Source: Octopus sinensis (Eukaryota). From it: 64,000 nt of DNA. Made by a program: the position numbers and the translations under genes. Shown piece by piece: positions 1-13,421 of the stretch (positions are counted from its first letter, which is position 1; every line of letters begins with the position of its first letter). The stretch covers positions 120,032,001 through 120,096,000 of the forward strand of contig NC_043002.1 in assembly GCF_006345805.1 (NCBI RefSeq), in the 5' to 3' direction. The notes under the pieces were generated by a model, which saw nothing but the letters and a program-made list of their open reading frames with translations, was not told the DNA's origin and did no database searches.

Positions 1-379
1 GTTTTTAGGAATTCCTACTAAGTTATGAATACTCAAACTGTGAAGTTAGTTATGTAATAACATGAAATTAGTTACCTGATAGTAAGAATTCATATAAATA
101 ACAATTCAAAGTACATAACTCTGAAAAGGACTTTTGTACTTTGCCAGAGAATACTACCCACAGTGGCGCTAGTGTTAGTATATTCGTGAATGAGTCGCTA
201 AGCGAAATAAGTGGATCTATTGTTTAGGAAGATACTATTTACTTCTTTAAGGGTTGTACTTTATAAATTGCGAAAATAGCTCAAACAGTTCAAATACTAA
301 GAAATACGTATACTCAATTTGATTTATACCAAATGATTTAGGAAATTGAATGGATTATTTTCCTTGGCTATTAAAATCT

Positions 380-604
380 GGGAGAATGGGTTACTTCCCT
401 CGGATGTTAAATGAAATGTATTAGATATATATAATGATCCTTTCCAGGGGCCCTATTATCGATTTTTTCAACAATCTTAGTATGCTATGACGTTTCCAGA
501 CTCACGAGTCAAGTTTCAACAGAATCGATAAAACGATGTAGGAGGTGTTAGCTAACAACTCCACAAACACAGCCACTGACAGAATGTACCACATATGTAG
601 CAGA
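380..604 (-). mobile_element. Probable 5' end of a non-autonomous Helitron-like element
   Basis: Minus strand reads A|TCTGCTACATAT...CTGTCAGTGGCTGTGTTTGT...CGATTCTGTTGAAACTTG, resembling Helitron 5' termini (TC after A). The 3' end was not identified, so the left boundary is approximate. Confidence 0.35.
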
Positions 605-649
605 TATATATATGAATGTGTATATGTACGTGTACATGTGTTATCTACA

Positions 650-695
<46 letters not shown>

Positions 696-783
696 ATATA
701 TCTATATATATATATATATATATATAGATATATATATATATACATACATACGAGAGCGCGTGCGTGTGTGTATGTGTGTGTGC

Positions 784-821
<38 letters not shown>

Positions 822-912
822 TTGTATATATCTGTATATACTTATATGTATTTTGTAACTATTACGTGTTGTATTTTGTATATATTATTGGAGCTGTTTT
901 GCTTCAGACGAA

Positions 913-980
<68 letters not shown>
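604..980. repeat. Compound microsatellites (TA)n/(TG)n/(GA)n
   Basis: Directly visible; they explain the low-complexity ORFs at 545-1106. Confidence 0.95.
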
Positions 981-982
<2 letters not shown>

Positions 983-1346
983 GTTGAAGATATATAGATA
1001 TTTTCGTCTTGAAAGTTTAAGAAAAAATGTTTATTTTGATAACGCGATATACAGAAATAGTAAGCGTATTTGTCACGGTTCAACGGTCCTTTGGAAGGAT
1101 TTATGAAAGCTTTGAAGAACTTAGACTGAAATTCATGTAATCAGTTAAAGGTCGCAGAAATAAAATTATGTTAAATTGAATCTATGCGGTAAGGTTTATT
1201 TTCAGAGTTAAAATAGCTTACTAATTTAAATATTTTGAACTTTCGATCGTTAAATGAATTCAAAAAAACAACAAAAACACTACTTAAATAAGCGCAGATA
1301 AAATAATCAGTAGAAGACAACACCCTGCTGATGTCTGTAGCCGGTA

Positions 1347-1560
1347 CTAGCACGCCGGGCGAAATGCTTAACGGTATTTCGCTTGTCGTTACGTTGTGAG
1401 TTCAAATTCCGCCGAGGTTGACTTTGCCTTTCATCCTTTCGGCGGCGATAAATTAAGTTCCAGTTACGCACTGGGGTCGATGTAATCGACTTAATACCTA
1501 TGTCTGCCCTTGTTTGTCCCCTCTGTGTTTAGCCCCTTGTGGGTAATAAAGAAATAGGTA
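1347..1560 (+). mobile_element. SINE family A (tRNA-like head, GCCTTTCATCCTTTCGGGGTCGATAAA core, stem-loop tail)
   Basis: B-box-like GAGTTCAAATTCC; near-identical inverted copy at 10316-10550; tail GTCCCCTCTRTGTTTAGCCCCTTGTGGGTAATAA. Confidence 0.85.
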
Positions 1561-1679
1561 CTTAAAATTCAGCTGCAATGTACGCAATTTTTATTCTGAA
1601 AATACATAATATCCTTTCACAGACACATTTTAATCGAACGACTATACAATACTTATGATTAACCCTTAGTTCTTGCAAT

Positions 1680-1717
1680 CTGTCCGTCTGTCTGTCTGTC
1701 TGTCTGTCTTTCTCTCC

Positions 1718-1762
<45 letters not shown>

Positions 1763-1900
1763 GTGTTCCTCATTGTCAAGGATATTTCTAAAAATTTTTG
1801 ATCGATGATTTGAAAGTTTCCATTTCAAGAAAGAGAGAGAGAGAGAGAGAAAGAATAGAGAGGGAGAGAAAAAGAGAAAGAGAGGGAGTGAGAGAGGGAG
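1680..1900. repeat. (CTGT)n, (CT)n and (GA)n microsatellites
   Basis: Directly visible. Confidence 0.9.
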
Positions 1901-4294
1901 ATGATGCTCATTCCAAAAGTTATTTTGAGCTGTTTCTCTTCTTGTTCTCTTTCTTTTTGATTTCAAATCTTATCTGCAGCCGCCGTTTCACTCATCTTTG
2001 TTTTGCTCATATGACTTTTCACTTGCGTTTCTAAGGTTGTTATAATGAGTGTTCAAAAGATACATGATCTTACTGGAGTCGGAGACGCGTCTGTCAGATG
2101 ACTTTCCCACTTCAGTGGATGGTAACTTTCTATAAATTAACAGTGCAAGAGTTGTTTGGTCATTCTTGTCTCTGGCATTCTTTTTGTACGACCAACTCAT
2201 TGGAGTTGGTGTTATTCAACGAATGGTTCATATTCTCATTGATATATCAATTTTGCCTGTACATCTTTGTTAGTGGTTCAAGTTGTATTGTTTTATTGCT
2301 TGATGAAATTTATCAAGCCATCATATTTGATGATTACTTTCTGCAAGTTGTTATTATCATTAAGCATTGTGGAGAGCAGAAAAAGAAGATACACTAAATT
2401 TTTAAAGATATACCGAAAGGCTTTGAGGATTTCTTGTAGTGGGTTTATGATATAATCTTTGATCGACTGAGGCTTGGACAAGGTACTGCCAAAATATATT
2501 ACAAATAAAACTACTTCGAAAATTCACTTTTCACAGTTATTTGGAGTGGACTTTCCCCGACGGATATTAAGGAAGATTCTTTGTCTTTGATATGCTGATT
2601 ATGGAATCGAAAACTTCGTAAGCACAGATTTCCATTGGAGATGATTTATAGACTTGATTCAGTTGAACATGGCACAGTATAGTCGTCATTGTGCAGGTCA
2701 CAGATAACAGTCAATTGTTAGAAAAGTCTTCCGTTTTCGTTTCTATAGTGAATGGTAACTCCAAGTTTCCATTCACGTTTGATCTTCATCTGCTCAGCAG
2801 CTACAGACGTTGAATATTGACTGGACGCGTTTACAAAGCCTTCTTTTACACCACGGTTCATATCTAAGTTTGCACTGTACTATTCTACCATGGTTGAAAT
2901 ATTTGGTGCAACATGTCTTCACATATAGCTTCTCGAATAATCTGGCTAAGTATCATAAATTATGATGATCTCGTGCTACTGTTACCTCAGCTTTTCATGA
3001 AATTGTCTAGCAGCGCAAACCTACATATGAACTATGCCACATTTAAGAGTAGAAAACGATCTATTCAGATAGTTGAATCAATTCAGCAAAATTCGAAGCA
3101 ACATCTTATCATCTAATGATAATAAAGAGATCTCACTAAAGTTGCCATATATCTTTATTTTAATTTCGACCTTTTTATTGTCGCTAGGCAAAGATCTTGC
3201 TCTCATATTCATATAGTCAGTTGATGGAGAACTCTGAGGGATTTCCTGTCATGTTTCTACAGATCACTTAAAAGACAAGGAGATAGCATGTCGTGAATCT
3301 GGCAGATAGTAATATCAAGTTCACTCGAAGACATGGTACGAACGCCCATGGATGCTTTCGAGACGTGGATAGTTATTTTATTTTATTTTAATGTACTCAA
3401 TAATTACCCTCTTCCACCATACATTGTATGGATCTGCAAGCACTTGGTATTATGGTAGCTCTGCTTACCAGGAGATATTTGTAACATTTCTTTTTACTAT
3501 GGAGGAGTGTATGTGTAACCTGTTGATTGATATAGTATGTCTGAACCTACTTATACTCAATGTAATTTTGAATTTGTAATTCTTAAATTATTAGATTTAA
3601 TGAAATGAGCAATCTAATTTTAGGGTAAAGTAATACATATTAAGAATACTTAGTAAATGCGATTTGGTCTCAAATATTAATCGCTTAAATGTTTTTGGAT
3701 TGTGAATTGTTGTGTATAATAGAATTTTCTTAGATACCTGTATACATCTAATTATTATCACAATTTGCTATATATAATGTTATGTCCAATATTATTTTTA
3801 ACAGTTTGTTTTATATATATTCTCTCTAATACCTGTACTAGTTGCCTCTCCTTAACTGTAAGTCCAGCATAGTGCCCATTTGACCGTTCTCTCATGTATG
3901 CTATATCGATAAGCTGCAGAAGTACCTCTAATCTACCTAAGTACCTCTAATCTACCTAAGATGCTTTTAACATTCTGGGCTTCCAGACATCTTTTCTAGG
4001 CCATGTTTTCTTTCCTATTCCTTCATCTTTTTGTTTATTTTGGATGCTTTTGTTTTACTCTGATGAAGCACCGTGCCCTGATTCAAATGTCGTATGAAGA
4101 TGAAGAATTTTACTTTCGCAATTATTTGTAAACATTGATCGGCACCGGATGCAGAAACGGCCGCAACATTTGTCGTGTCACACGAATGTTGTGCCATATT
4201 TTGTATTAAATAATAAGCTATAAATGTGGTCCAATTGATGTGCTTGTTGATCTGAGATCTTCATTTTCTGAATATATATATAATAAATGTCCGA

Positions 4295-4430
4295 GTGTGT
4301 GTATTTTCGCGTGTTTGTGTATAAATGGGCGCGCGCGTGCATGCGTGCGTGTGTGTATGAGTGCATGCGTGTGTGTGAGTACATGCGTGCCTGTGTGCGT
4401 GCGTACGTGTGTGCGCGTATATGTGTGTGT

Positions 4431-4480
<50 letters not shown>
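4295..4480. repeat. (TG)n/(GC)n microsatellite
   Basis: Directly visible. Confidence 0.9.
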
Positions 4481-4859
4481 CCACATATATAAAAGTATGC
4501 GCATAATATGACTTGGCTAAATCGTTAGCGCTTCAGATTGAATGCCGTAAGGTATTGGTTCCGACATTTGCCCCGAAATGAAACTACGACGATGTAAAAG
4601 TTACCCTCTTAAGCTTTTTTACCTCAAAATTCCACTCTAGTAAGAAATTTACTTCCGTTTCACTCTCGTTATTTTTCTTAGTATCGGAGAAATATGCAGT
4701 AGACAGAATTAGGAGAGTATGTTTCGTAACTTTCCCTACAAAACCTCTGTAGGACTAGAACGCTGAACACGAAACGGATAAATATTGTATATATATGTGT
4801 GGCTTTCTTACTTTCTCTCCACACCCCTTTCTTTATTCCTCTATATCTATGCAACCAAC

Positions 4860-4918
4860 AGTATATATATGTGCATATATGTGCATGTATATATAGTTAT
4901 ATATTTATATATTTGCAC

Positions 4919-4955
<37 letters not shown>

Positions 4956-5005
4956 CACATATATATATATATATTTGCACATATATATATATATATTTGC
5001 ACATG

Positions 5006-5037
<32 letters not shown>

Positions 5038-5060
5038 TACACGCACGCATACATGTACAA
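4860..5060. repeat. (TA)n microsatellite with a repeated TTTGCACAT spacer
   Basis: Directly visible. Confidence 0.9.
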
Positions 5061-6879
5061 ATAGATCGCGACAAGTGCATATCTATATTCATGCATCAAT
5101 AATTTTATGTACCCAGTTAAACAATTAGCAGTCATTCATGCGTATCTACAAGAATACACATAATCATAAAAAGAACTTGTATACACTTTATTACAGAATT
5201 TCACATTGTTTACCCTTACAAAAGCGTCCGATTCTTCTATGATCTTACTATATTAACACATTTCTGTTACTCCACTTTGTTCTGTGCAATACAAGAGAAC
5301 TGTGAAACTTCAAACGGCAAACACACTCAATTGTATTCTATGTCAATGTCACTTTACGGAACAAGGGCAACGAAGATATGAATTCGGAAATACATCACGT
5401 GCAATTATATTGATATATACATAAATATAAGTGTGTCTGTGTGCGCGCACGCCTGTGTGTGTCCGTGCGCGTGCGTCTATGTAATCCATGCATAAATATA
5501 CTATATGTATATACATCGGAAGGGAAGCAGTATCGTTTTATCATATGAGTTTCATTTATTGAAGTAGTTATCATTTTTGATAGTTATTATACAACGTATC
5601 AATACATTTACATATCTTCAATTGGCAATGCATGGATTTTTAGTCTGTGAGAATGTTTTGTAAAACTAGTTCATGTGTTATGTGCACCATCATTCATGAG
5701 AATGCGTCATCCAACGTGTGTCCCCCTTAATGAGCCCCCCTTAATTATGCTCAGCTTGCTTTCAATTTTGGTGTATTAATGCTCTGAATTTTGACTACGA
5801 TCAACCAATTACTTTATCTCGTAAATTAAAGAATCTGATGTTATTTGGAATTAGAATTGGGAAATTTGGGTAATTTTAGTCAATCAACAGACAGCGTGGC
5901 ATCAGCAGCTTGTTACCATGACAACCGCACGCTCTGTTATGGTTCACTACTGCATGTGCCACTGTTGTCTATGTTGATTTTTCACACTCAGTATTTTTAC
6001 ATATTTTTCATTTCATATATTTTGGGGACTCATTGACAGAGTTAATTCTTTTCATAAAAAATTTAATTAGGAGCATTTCTTAAACCGTTAACTTCACATT
6101 TCAACAGCTTAACTGAAATTTAGCACAGGTAACAGAAACTTAAGGTGTATTTACTTTTTTCAATAAGCAATTATGTTTAAAGTATTCGGCAGAGAGAGGT
6201 AATTAATAAATTATTATTTATTACTTTACAAATCGACAAAAATCCCTTACAGTTGTTTCAATTGCAGATCTTCAGAAAATGAATTAATTAAATTTAATAT
6301 TATTTAAAAGTCTAATCTCTTTAGAGGTAATTGAAGATATACAAAATAGGTGTTCAATTCCTGCATGTTGACTAAACGGTTAACTGATAAAATTTATACA
6401 TAACGAACATAGTATAAAAAATGGTAGTGATGCATGTTATGCTAAATATGCTACTGAGATTGAGGACACTGTGGTATTAGTTATTTATATTTCCATAATA
6501 CTCTAATTAATATGAACTTGTTCTAGTATGATTAACGTACTAATTAACCTCATATATATGCATAAGTTCTATCCTTTATTTTAATAAAACTTCCAGATAA
6601 TGAATATTAGTTTAATGAGTTTTGTGAGTCTAAAACTTACATCTTTCATATTTGGAATGTAATCGAAATTTGTACGTGAAATTTCATTGATTCCTTAATT
6701 AATAAGAAGAGGTGTTCAGCTTTAATTGCCGCTACTGTTTATCTTCGTGTCATCTGTACCGTAAATTCCCATTTACTTCACACCTACATCAAAGATAAAG
6801 GTATAATTATTGCGAAATTTAAGGATCTCTTTAAGGCAGAAATTAGTTTGCGATATTTCAATCTACTCTTATAAGACGG

Positions 6880-7050
6880 TATGCTGGCAGAATCGCTAGC
6901 ACACCGAACTAACAACTTAGCGGAATTTCGTCCGTAGTTTTGTTCTGATTTCAAATTGCACGAGTCTGCCTATCCTCTATTTGAGGTCGATAAGATACGT
7001 ACCAGTTGATCACTAGCGTTGCTGTAACTGACTTACTTCTTCCCCCAAAA
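6880..7050 (+). mobile_element. Degraded SINE family A copy
   Basis: GCTGGCAGAATCGCTAGCAC...TTCAAATT...GGTCGATAAG..TACCAGTTG matches the 1347 and 10316 copies. Confidence 0.6.
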
Positions 7051-7149
7051 CATAACACAGTTATTATTATTATTATTGTTGTTGTTGTTGTCGTTGTCGT
7101 CGTCATCGTTGCTGTCGTTATTGTTGTTGTTGTTGTTGTTGTTGTTGAC

Positions 7150-7470
7150 ATCGGACGTGTCTTCGAACGCTCCAAGTATGTTCATTTTAAAAACTTTTGT
7201 TTATACCAGTTTGGTGTCGCCTTTTCGTTGTACGTTTGTTCCAACTTGTTAATAGAAACATCAGGAACCTGTCACTGGTTTTTGTGTGTTTGTTTAGCCC
7301 CCTTGCCGGGCTATATTCGGCCCACCGCACTTATTCGGTGGGCGTGAAATCACTTACAAGTCAACAAGATGGCGGAGCGCATCTTGAAAGTGTTAAGGAA
7401 AAAACTGCCCCTCCAGTTCCTGTAACTGCTGAAGATTTCCCTCCCCTTCCTCTCCCTTACTGGTAACAAT
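7150..7470 (+). mobile_element. Possible 5' UTR and ORF1 start of a LINE
   Basis: CAAGATGGCG (YY1-like) followed by EDFPPLP-coding sequence; weak evidence. Confidence 0.3.
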
Positions 7471-7518
7471 ACAGGAGAGGGGAAGAAGGAAAGTGATACT
7501 GTCGAGAGCCTTTCGGCT

Positions 7519-7965
7519 ATCATTATCATTATTATATGGTTTGGCTCAGGTTCGATTTTTACCTGGTAGGACTTTTGTGGGTAGCGGATTACTACATGTA
7601 ACCTTAGGTATGAACAAGTTTTCCGCACTCCTTTAAGTGTTTAGAACCCTCCTGGTAATCCTTGCTGTCCCCAAGAGACACTTTCTGTCGGAGTTCTACC
7701 GGGTATTTTATTCCAATCTCCCTCAGCCGTTTGTCTATATCTTTGCTTACTGTTCCCAACGCACCAATTATTATAGGCACGACCTTTACTGTTCTCATGT
7801 TCCAAATTCTTCCTATTTCAAATTTTAAGAGATTGTATTATTTTTTCTTCTTTCTTTACTATCCTGGAATCAAACGAGTATGTTGGCTCGCTTACTAAGC
7901 ATTTCTGAAATCAAAGGGCATGATGTGTCAATTAGTAAGCATCTTGGAATCAAACGGGCATAATG
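7519..7965 (-). mobile_element. 3' fragment of an RLE-type (R4/Dong-like) LINE
   Basis: Minus strand encodes CLLIDTSCP...FDSRIVKKEEK...GRIWNMRTVKVVPIIIGALGTVSK...ELRQK, the typical C-terminal restriction-like endonuclease region. It ends in an (ATA/ATG)n tail and has (TTA)n on the other flank. Confidence 0.75.
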
Positions 7966-8054
7966 GGTCGACTGTTATTATTACTATTATTATTATCGCT
8001 GCTGTTGTTGTTGTTGGTAGTGGTGGTGGTGTTTTTGTACGTATTATTGTTAAG

Positions 8055-8165
8055 CCAGTGCATTGCCAGAATCGTTAGTACGTCGGGTAAACTGATTCGT
8101 TGTGAGTTCAAATTCCGCCGAAGTCGACTTAGTCATTCATTCTTTCGGGGTCGATAAAATAAGTG
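8055..8165 (+). mobile_element. Partial SINE family A
   Basis: CAGAATCGTTAGTACGTCGGG...GAGTTCAAATTCCGCCGAAGTCGACTT...TTTCGGGGTCGATAAAATAAG. Confidence 0.7.
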
Positions 8166-9369
8166 GATCTAGTTTTTTTTTTCCATTTGCAGAACATGCA
8201 TTTTTTAAAAGGAAGTAACAAAAAATCTGAAAATCGGCTATAATAATGTAGCCGTCCATTCTCATTGCTTTGAAAGTATGATGTTATGGAGAAAAAAAAA
8301 ATCGGAGAAAAAGTTACAGAGGTTTAAAAATCGAAAAAAACTGGGTATTTTTAGCTAATAGCGAGACAAATTTTCTGCGTTTAGCGGAGCGGTGTCAACT
8401 TTAAGGTTGTACGGTGTGAAATTTATAGTTTAGCGTCTGACCTATTCATTGTAGGTTTCTAAATAAACAGAAATACCTAATAAAATAAACATGTATCATC
8501 TTACTGTTTTTTGTCTCTTCATTGTGTGTTTTTATTATTTTTTAAATTTGTTATATGAATATATTTGTCTGCAAGTGTTTACTTTATGCGTACTTAAGTA
8601 TTATGTATACCTGCCATGTATTTATGTACATCATTAATATATAAGTGAATGTGTGTGTGGAAAGGGGGCGTCTGTCTCCGAAACTCCAAAGCTGAGTAAC
8701 GTTTTCATGTTTGGATTCGTAAACTACGATAAGAATAACACTGGTCAACAAAGAATATGTCCAAAGGAAAAGAATACCTGTATCTTATATGTCTTTGCAT
8801 GCAGAATTCAAAAATAATGTCAAATTATCTGTATCGTCCATAGTTTCTCTGTTCCACGATATTCCTCTCAGTTCCTGTTACGTGTCCTAAATTTCAGTTA
8901 AGCTGTTGAAATGTGAAGTTAACGGTTTAAGAAATGCTCCTAATTAAAATTTTTATGAAAAGAATTAACCTGGTGAAATCATAAATCCAGCTATCTGTCA
9001 ATGAGTTCCCAAAATATATGAAATGAAAAATATGTAAATACTAAGTGTGAAAAATCAACATAGACAACAGTGGCACATGCAGTAGTGAACCACAACAGAG
9101 CGTGCGGTTGTCATGGTAACAAGCTGCTGATGCCTCGCTGTCTGTTGATTGACTAAAATTACCCAAATTTCCCAATTCTAATTCCAAATAACATCAGATT
9201 CTTTAATTTACGAGATAAAGTAATTGGTTGATCGTAGTCAAAATTCAGAGCATTAATACACCAAAATTGAAAGCAAGCTGAGCAAAATTAAGACTAGATC
9301 TAAATAAGTACTACCTCCTCGAAAGTGCTGGCTTTGTGCCAAAATTTGAAGCCATTCTTCTTCTTCTTA

Positions 9370-9370
9370 A

Positions 9371-9439
<69 letters not shown>

Positions 9440-9480
9440 CATCATCATCAACATCATCATTATTATTATTATTATGATTA
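9370..9480. repeat. (ATT)n/(ATC)n microsatellite
   Basis: Directly visible. Confidence 0.95.
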
Positions 9481-9892
9481 GCCGAGGAAAACACGGCTCT
9501 GTATTTTGTTTACGAAAATCGTTAGTTTTCTCCGAATAATAGCGGTGCTTTCCTTTCATTTTCAACCAGGGTGGATAATAAGGGAACCATCTTCTGCTGG
9601 TGAGTTCCTTTTTCTTGGGGGAAATTTATTTCATATTTTATTCCATGTGGAAAAATTTAGAATTTTACTCAATGGCAGCAACAAATAGTTCCGAGGGAGT
9701 TTCAGTCGTCAATGAGAGAGTAGTGTCTTACCACAAAAATGAGAGAGAGTGACTAGTAAGCAGGCAAAACAAGATGACCATCCCAATCACTAACAACAAC
9801 TCCGACACCACCGCCACCATTACCTCTGCCACAGCCACTACGAACAACAACAATAACAACGACAGTAACAGTAAACAGCAGCAGCAACAGCA

Positions 9893-10202
9893 GACCGGGC
9901 GTTGTGTGTGTTTATTGAGCGAAAACACCCAAAAGCTCCACGAGGCTCCGGCAGGGGGTGGCGGTGACCCCTGTTGTACTCTTTCGCCCCAACTTTCTCT
10001 CACTCTTTCTTCCTGTTTCTTGTCCGTAACTTCCTACGCAACCGCTGAGCCTTGATGCGCATTCATCCATCCGTCGATGCTCTCGGTGTCGGGGGTTGAC
10101 CTGCTTTCTCTTCTGCGGGTCTTACAAATAGCAAAGGACCACGTTTCGGACTTCTCCCACTGCGAGCATTGGAACGAAGACGGCTTCACTCAACAAACAA
10201 TC
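9893..10202 (+). mobile_element. SINE family C variant (5'-truncated, different 3' half)
   Basis: The first ~130 bp match the 55943-56334 and 57015-57313 copies; the remainder is unrelated to them. Confidence 0.7.
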
Positions 10203-10315
10203 AAGCAGCAACAGCAGCAACAACAACAATAGCAAAGCTTTGACGAGAGAGAAAAATAAGCAGTACAGCTACAATGTAAATAATTTCAGCCAGTTAGTGG
10301 CTACTTCGATCATCA

Positions 10316-10550
10316 CCTATTTCATTATTACCCACAAGGGGCTAAACATAGAGGGGACAAACAAGGACAGAGATAGGTATTAAGTCGATTACATCGACCC
10401 CAGTGCGTAACTGGTACTTAATTTATCGACCCCGAAAGGATGAAAGGCAAAGTCGACCTCGGCGAAATTTGAACTCAGAATGTAGTGGCAGACGAAATAC
10501 CGCTTAGCATTTCGCCCGACGTGCTAACGCTTCTGCCAGCTCGCCGCCTT
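10316..10550 (-). mobile_element. SINE family A, essentially full length
   Basis: Minus strand starts AAGGCGGCGAGCTGGCAGAAGCGTTAGCACG, has the B-box-like GAGTTCAAATT and ends GTGGGTAATAATGAAATAGGT. Confidence 0.85.
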
Positions 10551-11239
10551 AAAACTTCGATCATCACCGCAAACAGTAGCGTCGCTTTGGCTCCGACTAA
10601 CAACGACAGGGACATCAGCAGCAAAAACGATATAATCAACATCAACAATAACAGCATCGATAAAAACAACACCCTTTGAGGAGTAAAAAAAATGCAGGAA
10701 GAAAAGCATGCGTACCTGATGAGAAAAAATCCTCAATAGAGGGGATAGGAGAACCAAGTAACTCCGGACCATCGCTATAGACGGCGACACAAATACACCA
10801 TGTACTTCCGACACTGGTGACGTAGAAGCTTTATCATGTGATGAGGTGTAATTGGGGAAAAGCGTAAAAATAGTTCAAGAAAAAGTCGTTCTAAGCTGAA
10901 CGGGAAAAGACAAGACGAGGAAAATTCACTTAATCCATCTGCTACACTAACAACAACACCGACTCACTCACCATATCCCAACAACAAAAGCAATACACAC
11001 TCATTCAACCACAACTACAACAAGCACCAAAGCAGAAACAAATATACGAAGAGAAACAACAATCACAAGAACAACTCGTACAACTTACTAGAGAGCCTCA
11101 TCACAACCTGGTTAGAGTTGTGCTCCGTTGGGGTGCTCGATAAGGTCGGGAACCATTGCCAGGGATTCCAGTTTTACCGATTCAAAATCTTCAACCAGAT
11201 TCGTTACCAGTTTTCCTTCCGATATTTTTTTTTTACTTC

Positions 11240-12750
11240 TAGAAGCCAATCCGGGCCTGTCCTATGAATTCTATGTATTCATGCCAGATTTGTTTGGTGA
11301 CCTCTTGCCAGACGTCTACCGCAACTGGCAACAGAACGGGAAAATTGCTAGTACTGTTAGCTTGTCCTGGCCAAGGTGTTATCGAAAAGGCGGGCGCTTG
11401 TCGTCGCTAGCCTGGTCGGAAAAGCGCAAAACGTGCGCAATCCCGAGGAGATCTACCCACGACAACGTCTACCTTATGCGATACATCATAGAGAGGTCTG
11501 GGACCAAAGTTAACTTCGGGAGTGCTATTATCAATTTGGATCAACCAAAAGCATTCGATAAGGTCGAACATAGCTACTTGGAAGTCGTCCAGAAAGCAGG
11601 CGATTTCGGACCCGTTTTCAGAGGCTGGATTGCTGCAATGCACAGCGGCACCTGTTCAGTGGTCATAGTAAACGGCCACCTATCAGAATCGTTTGGCATT
11701 GCACGCTCGATCTGTTAGGGTTACCCGCTGTCGTCTCTTCTGTACGTATTGACACTTGAGCCATTGATGTAGAAGGTGGAAGAGTTAAGGAGTACCCCTT
11801 TCGAACTGAGACAAGGAAGGGCAGTGTAGGCATTCGCGGACGACTTCACCGTCATGGAGTCGGACGCCGTCGAGGTGGAGACGGTCGGCACCATCCCAAA
11901 GCAATATGAGTCGGTTGCCGGGGCTAAAATCAACGCCGACACATCGGTGGGTTTTCAGCTGGCCTCGCGGAGATGCAGGGCAAAGACATCGGACGGCGTC
12001 GTCGAACGCTGGACCGACGGACCAGTTAAACTGCTTGGGATCTGGTTTGGTCCCGATCTCCAGGTTGATAAGAACTGGGACGAGGTGGAGAACAGGGTGG
12101 TCAATCTTACCCAGAAATGGGCTGAGAGGAAGCTGTCCCTGAAAGGTCAGACAGAGGTGGCGAATGTTTACATCGCTTCCGTTATCACTTATCGCCTGAC
12201 TGTCGAGCCTTGTCCCGGTTACTGCTTCACCAGGCTGGAGCATCTCTTACTTAAATTCTTGTGGAAGGGACGTGTTCCAATATAAGACCGTCAGTCTGTT
12301 GTCAGCATCCTCTGAGTGGTTGTTTAGGTATACTGTGGCCCCTAATGCGCAAATACGCTCTTAGGTCAAGCCATGTGCAACGATTTCTGGGCAGCGACTG
12401 TGTGTGGGCTCCGTTTGGGAGACTCATCTTTTCGCAACTCGTCTCCTTGAGGGAGCGGCAGTCCAGGATGAAGAAAAGATTTAGACTGGACTTCTGACAC
12501 CTAGAATGTCGTCAGGTGCCCACAGCCCTCTAACCAGTCGAGCAATGGGATCGGTGGATGTTCCGCTTTAGAAATTTATAGAGGTTTAGTGACATGGAAG
12601 TGCGACGACGTCCTCGGGGAGACACTAGGCACCGACGAGAACGAACCGCCAGTTCCGGAGGACTTTCCGGTCGGGAACTATTATGGATAATTTCCAGATG
12701 TTTATGGTCCGTCAGTTCTACCGGGGGGGGGGGGATGTTACCGGTGCGAG
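11240..12750 (+). pseudogene. Degenerate Tx1/L1-clade LINE ORF2 (reverse transcriptase region)
   Basis: Motifs TCAIPRRSTHDN, NLDQPKAFDKV (LDxxKAFD), GYPLS (QGxPLS), AFADD, GAKIN, KLLGIWFG and RKLSLKG, spread across ORFs 11128-11718 and 11854-12285. Stops and frameshifts are present; no endonuclease domain was seen. Confidence 0.9.
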
Positions 12751-12830
12751 ATATTACGTCTTGTATTACCTTACCATTAGGTATATCACATTCGCAATAA
12801 TAATAGTTTTAACATTCATACCCACACATA

Positions 12831-12997
12831 CTCTCTTTACTCTTTACTCTTTTACTCGACCCACGGGACTTATTCTTTTGTAAGCCCAGTACTTATTCTA
12901 TCGGTCTCTTTTGCCGAACCGCTAGGTATACAAGATATAAACACACCAGCATCGGTTGTCAAGCGATGCTCGGGGGACAAACGCAGACACACAAACA

Positions 12998-13065
<68 letters not shown>

Positions 13066-13232
13066 TACGACAGGCTTCTTTCAGTTTCCGTCTACCAAAT
13101 CCACTCACAAGGCATTGGTCGGCCCGGGGCTATAGCAGAAGACACTTGCCCAAGGTGCCTCACAGTGGGACTGAACCCAGAACCATGTGGTTGGTTAGCA
13201 AGCTACTTACCACACAGCCACTCCTGCGCCTA
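12831..13232 (-). mobile_element. SINE family B (tRNA head, CORE-like CCTTGGGCAAGT, internal microsatellite)
   Basis: A-box-like TGGCTGTGTGG and B-box-like GGTTCAGTCCC; more than 10 copies in the window; this copy has a 3' deletion. It resembles octopus OR-type SINEs (from recall, unverified). Confidence 0.9.
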
Positions 13233-13421
13233 TACTGCTTATTTCCGTTTCAATATTGCCATTAGGCAGTTTCCTCAGTTCCTTCTGACTGGAAGGGTTC
13301 ACAAAACATAATTTCCTTCTCGTCCTTATAAATATGTTTAGGTGTTTGTATTGGTTTTCTTGTTAGTCTGTGTAGGAAAGTAATTATGTCTAAACCGTCG
13401 CCGAGGACCGTTTCTGTTACA

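Larger units (their letters stand above)
5740..9292. mobile_element. Non-autonomous DNA element / foldback bounded by ~400-bp inverted repeats (5740-6143 and ~8866-9292)
   Basis: The arms are near-exact reverse complements apart from a ~25-bp indel. TTAA occurs at both outer ends. No transposase is visible inside, but nested SINE/LINE fragments are present. Confidence 0.75.

Noticed and set aside
2000-3350. Higher-complexity stretch, possibly a decayed Maverick or viral coding region
   Set aside because: All frames are heavily interrupted and I found no motif I can defend; needs BLASTX.
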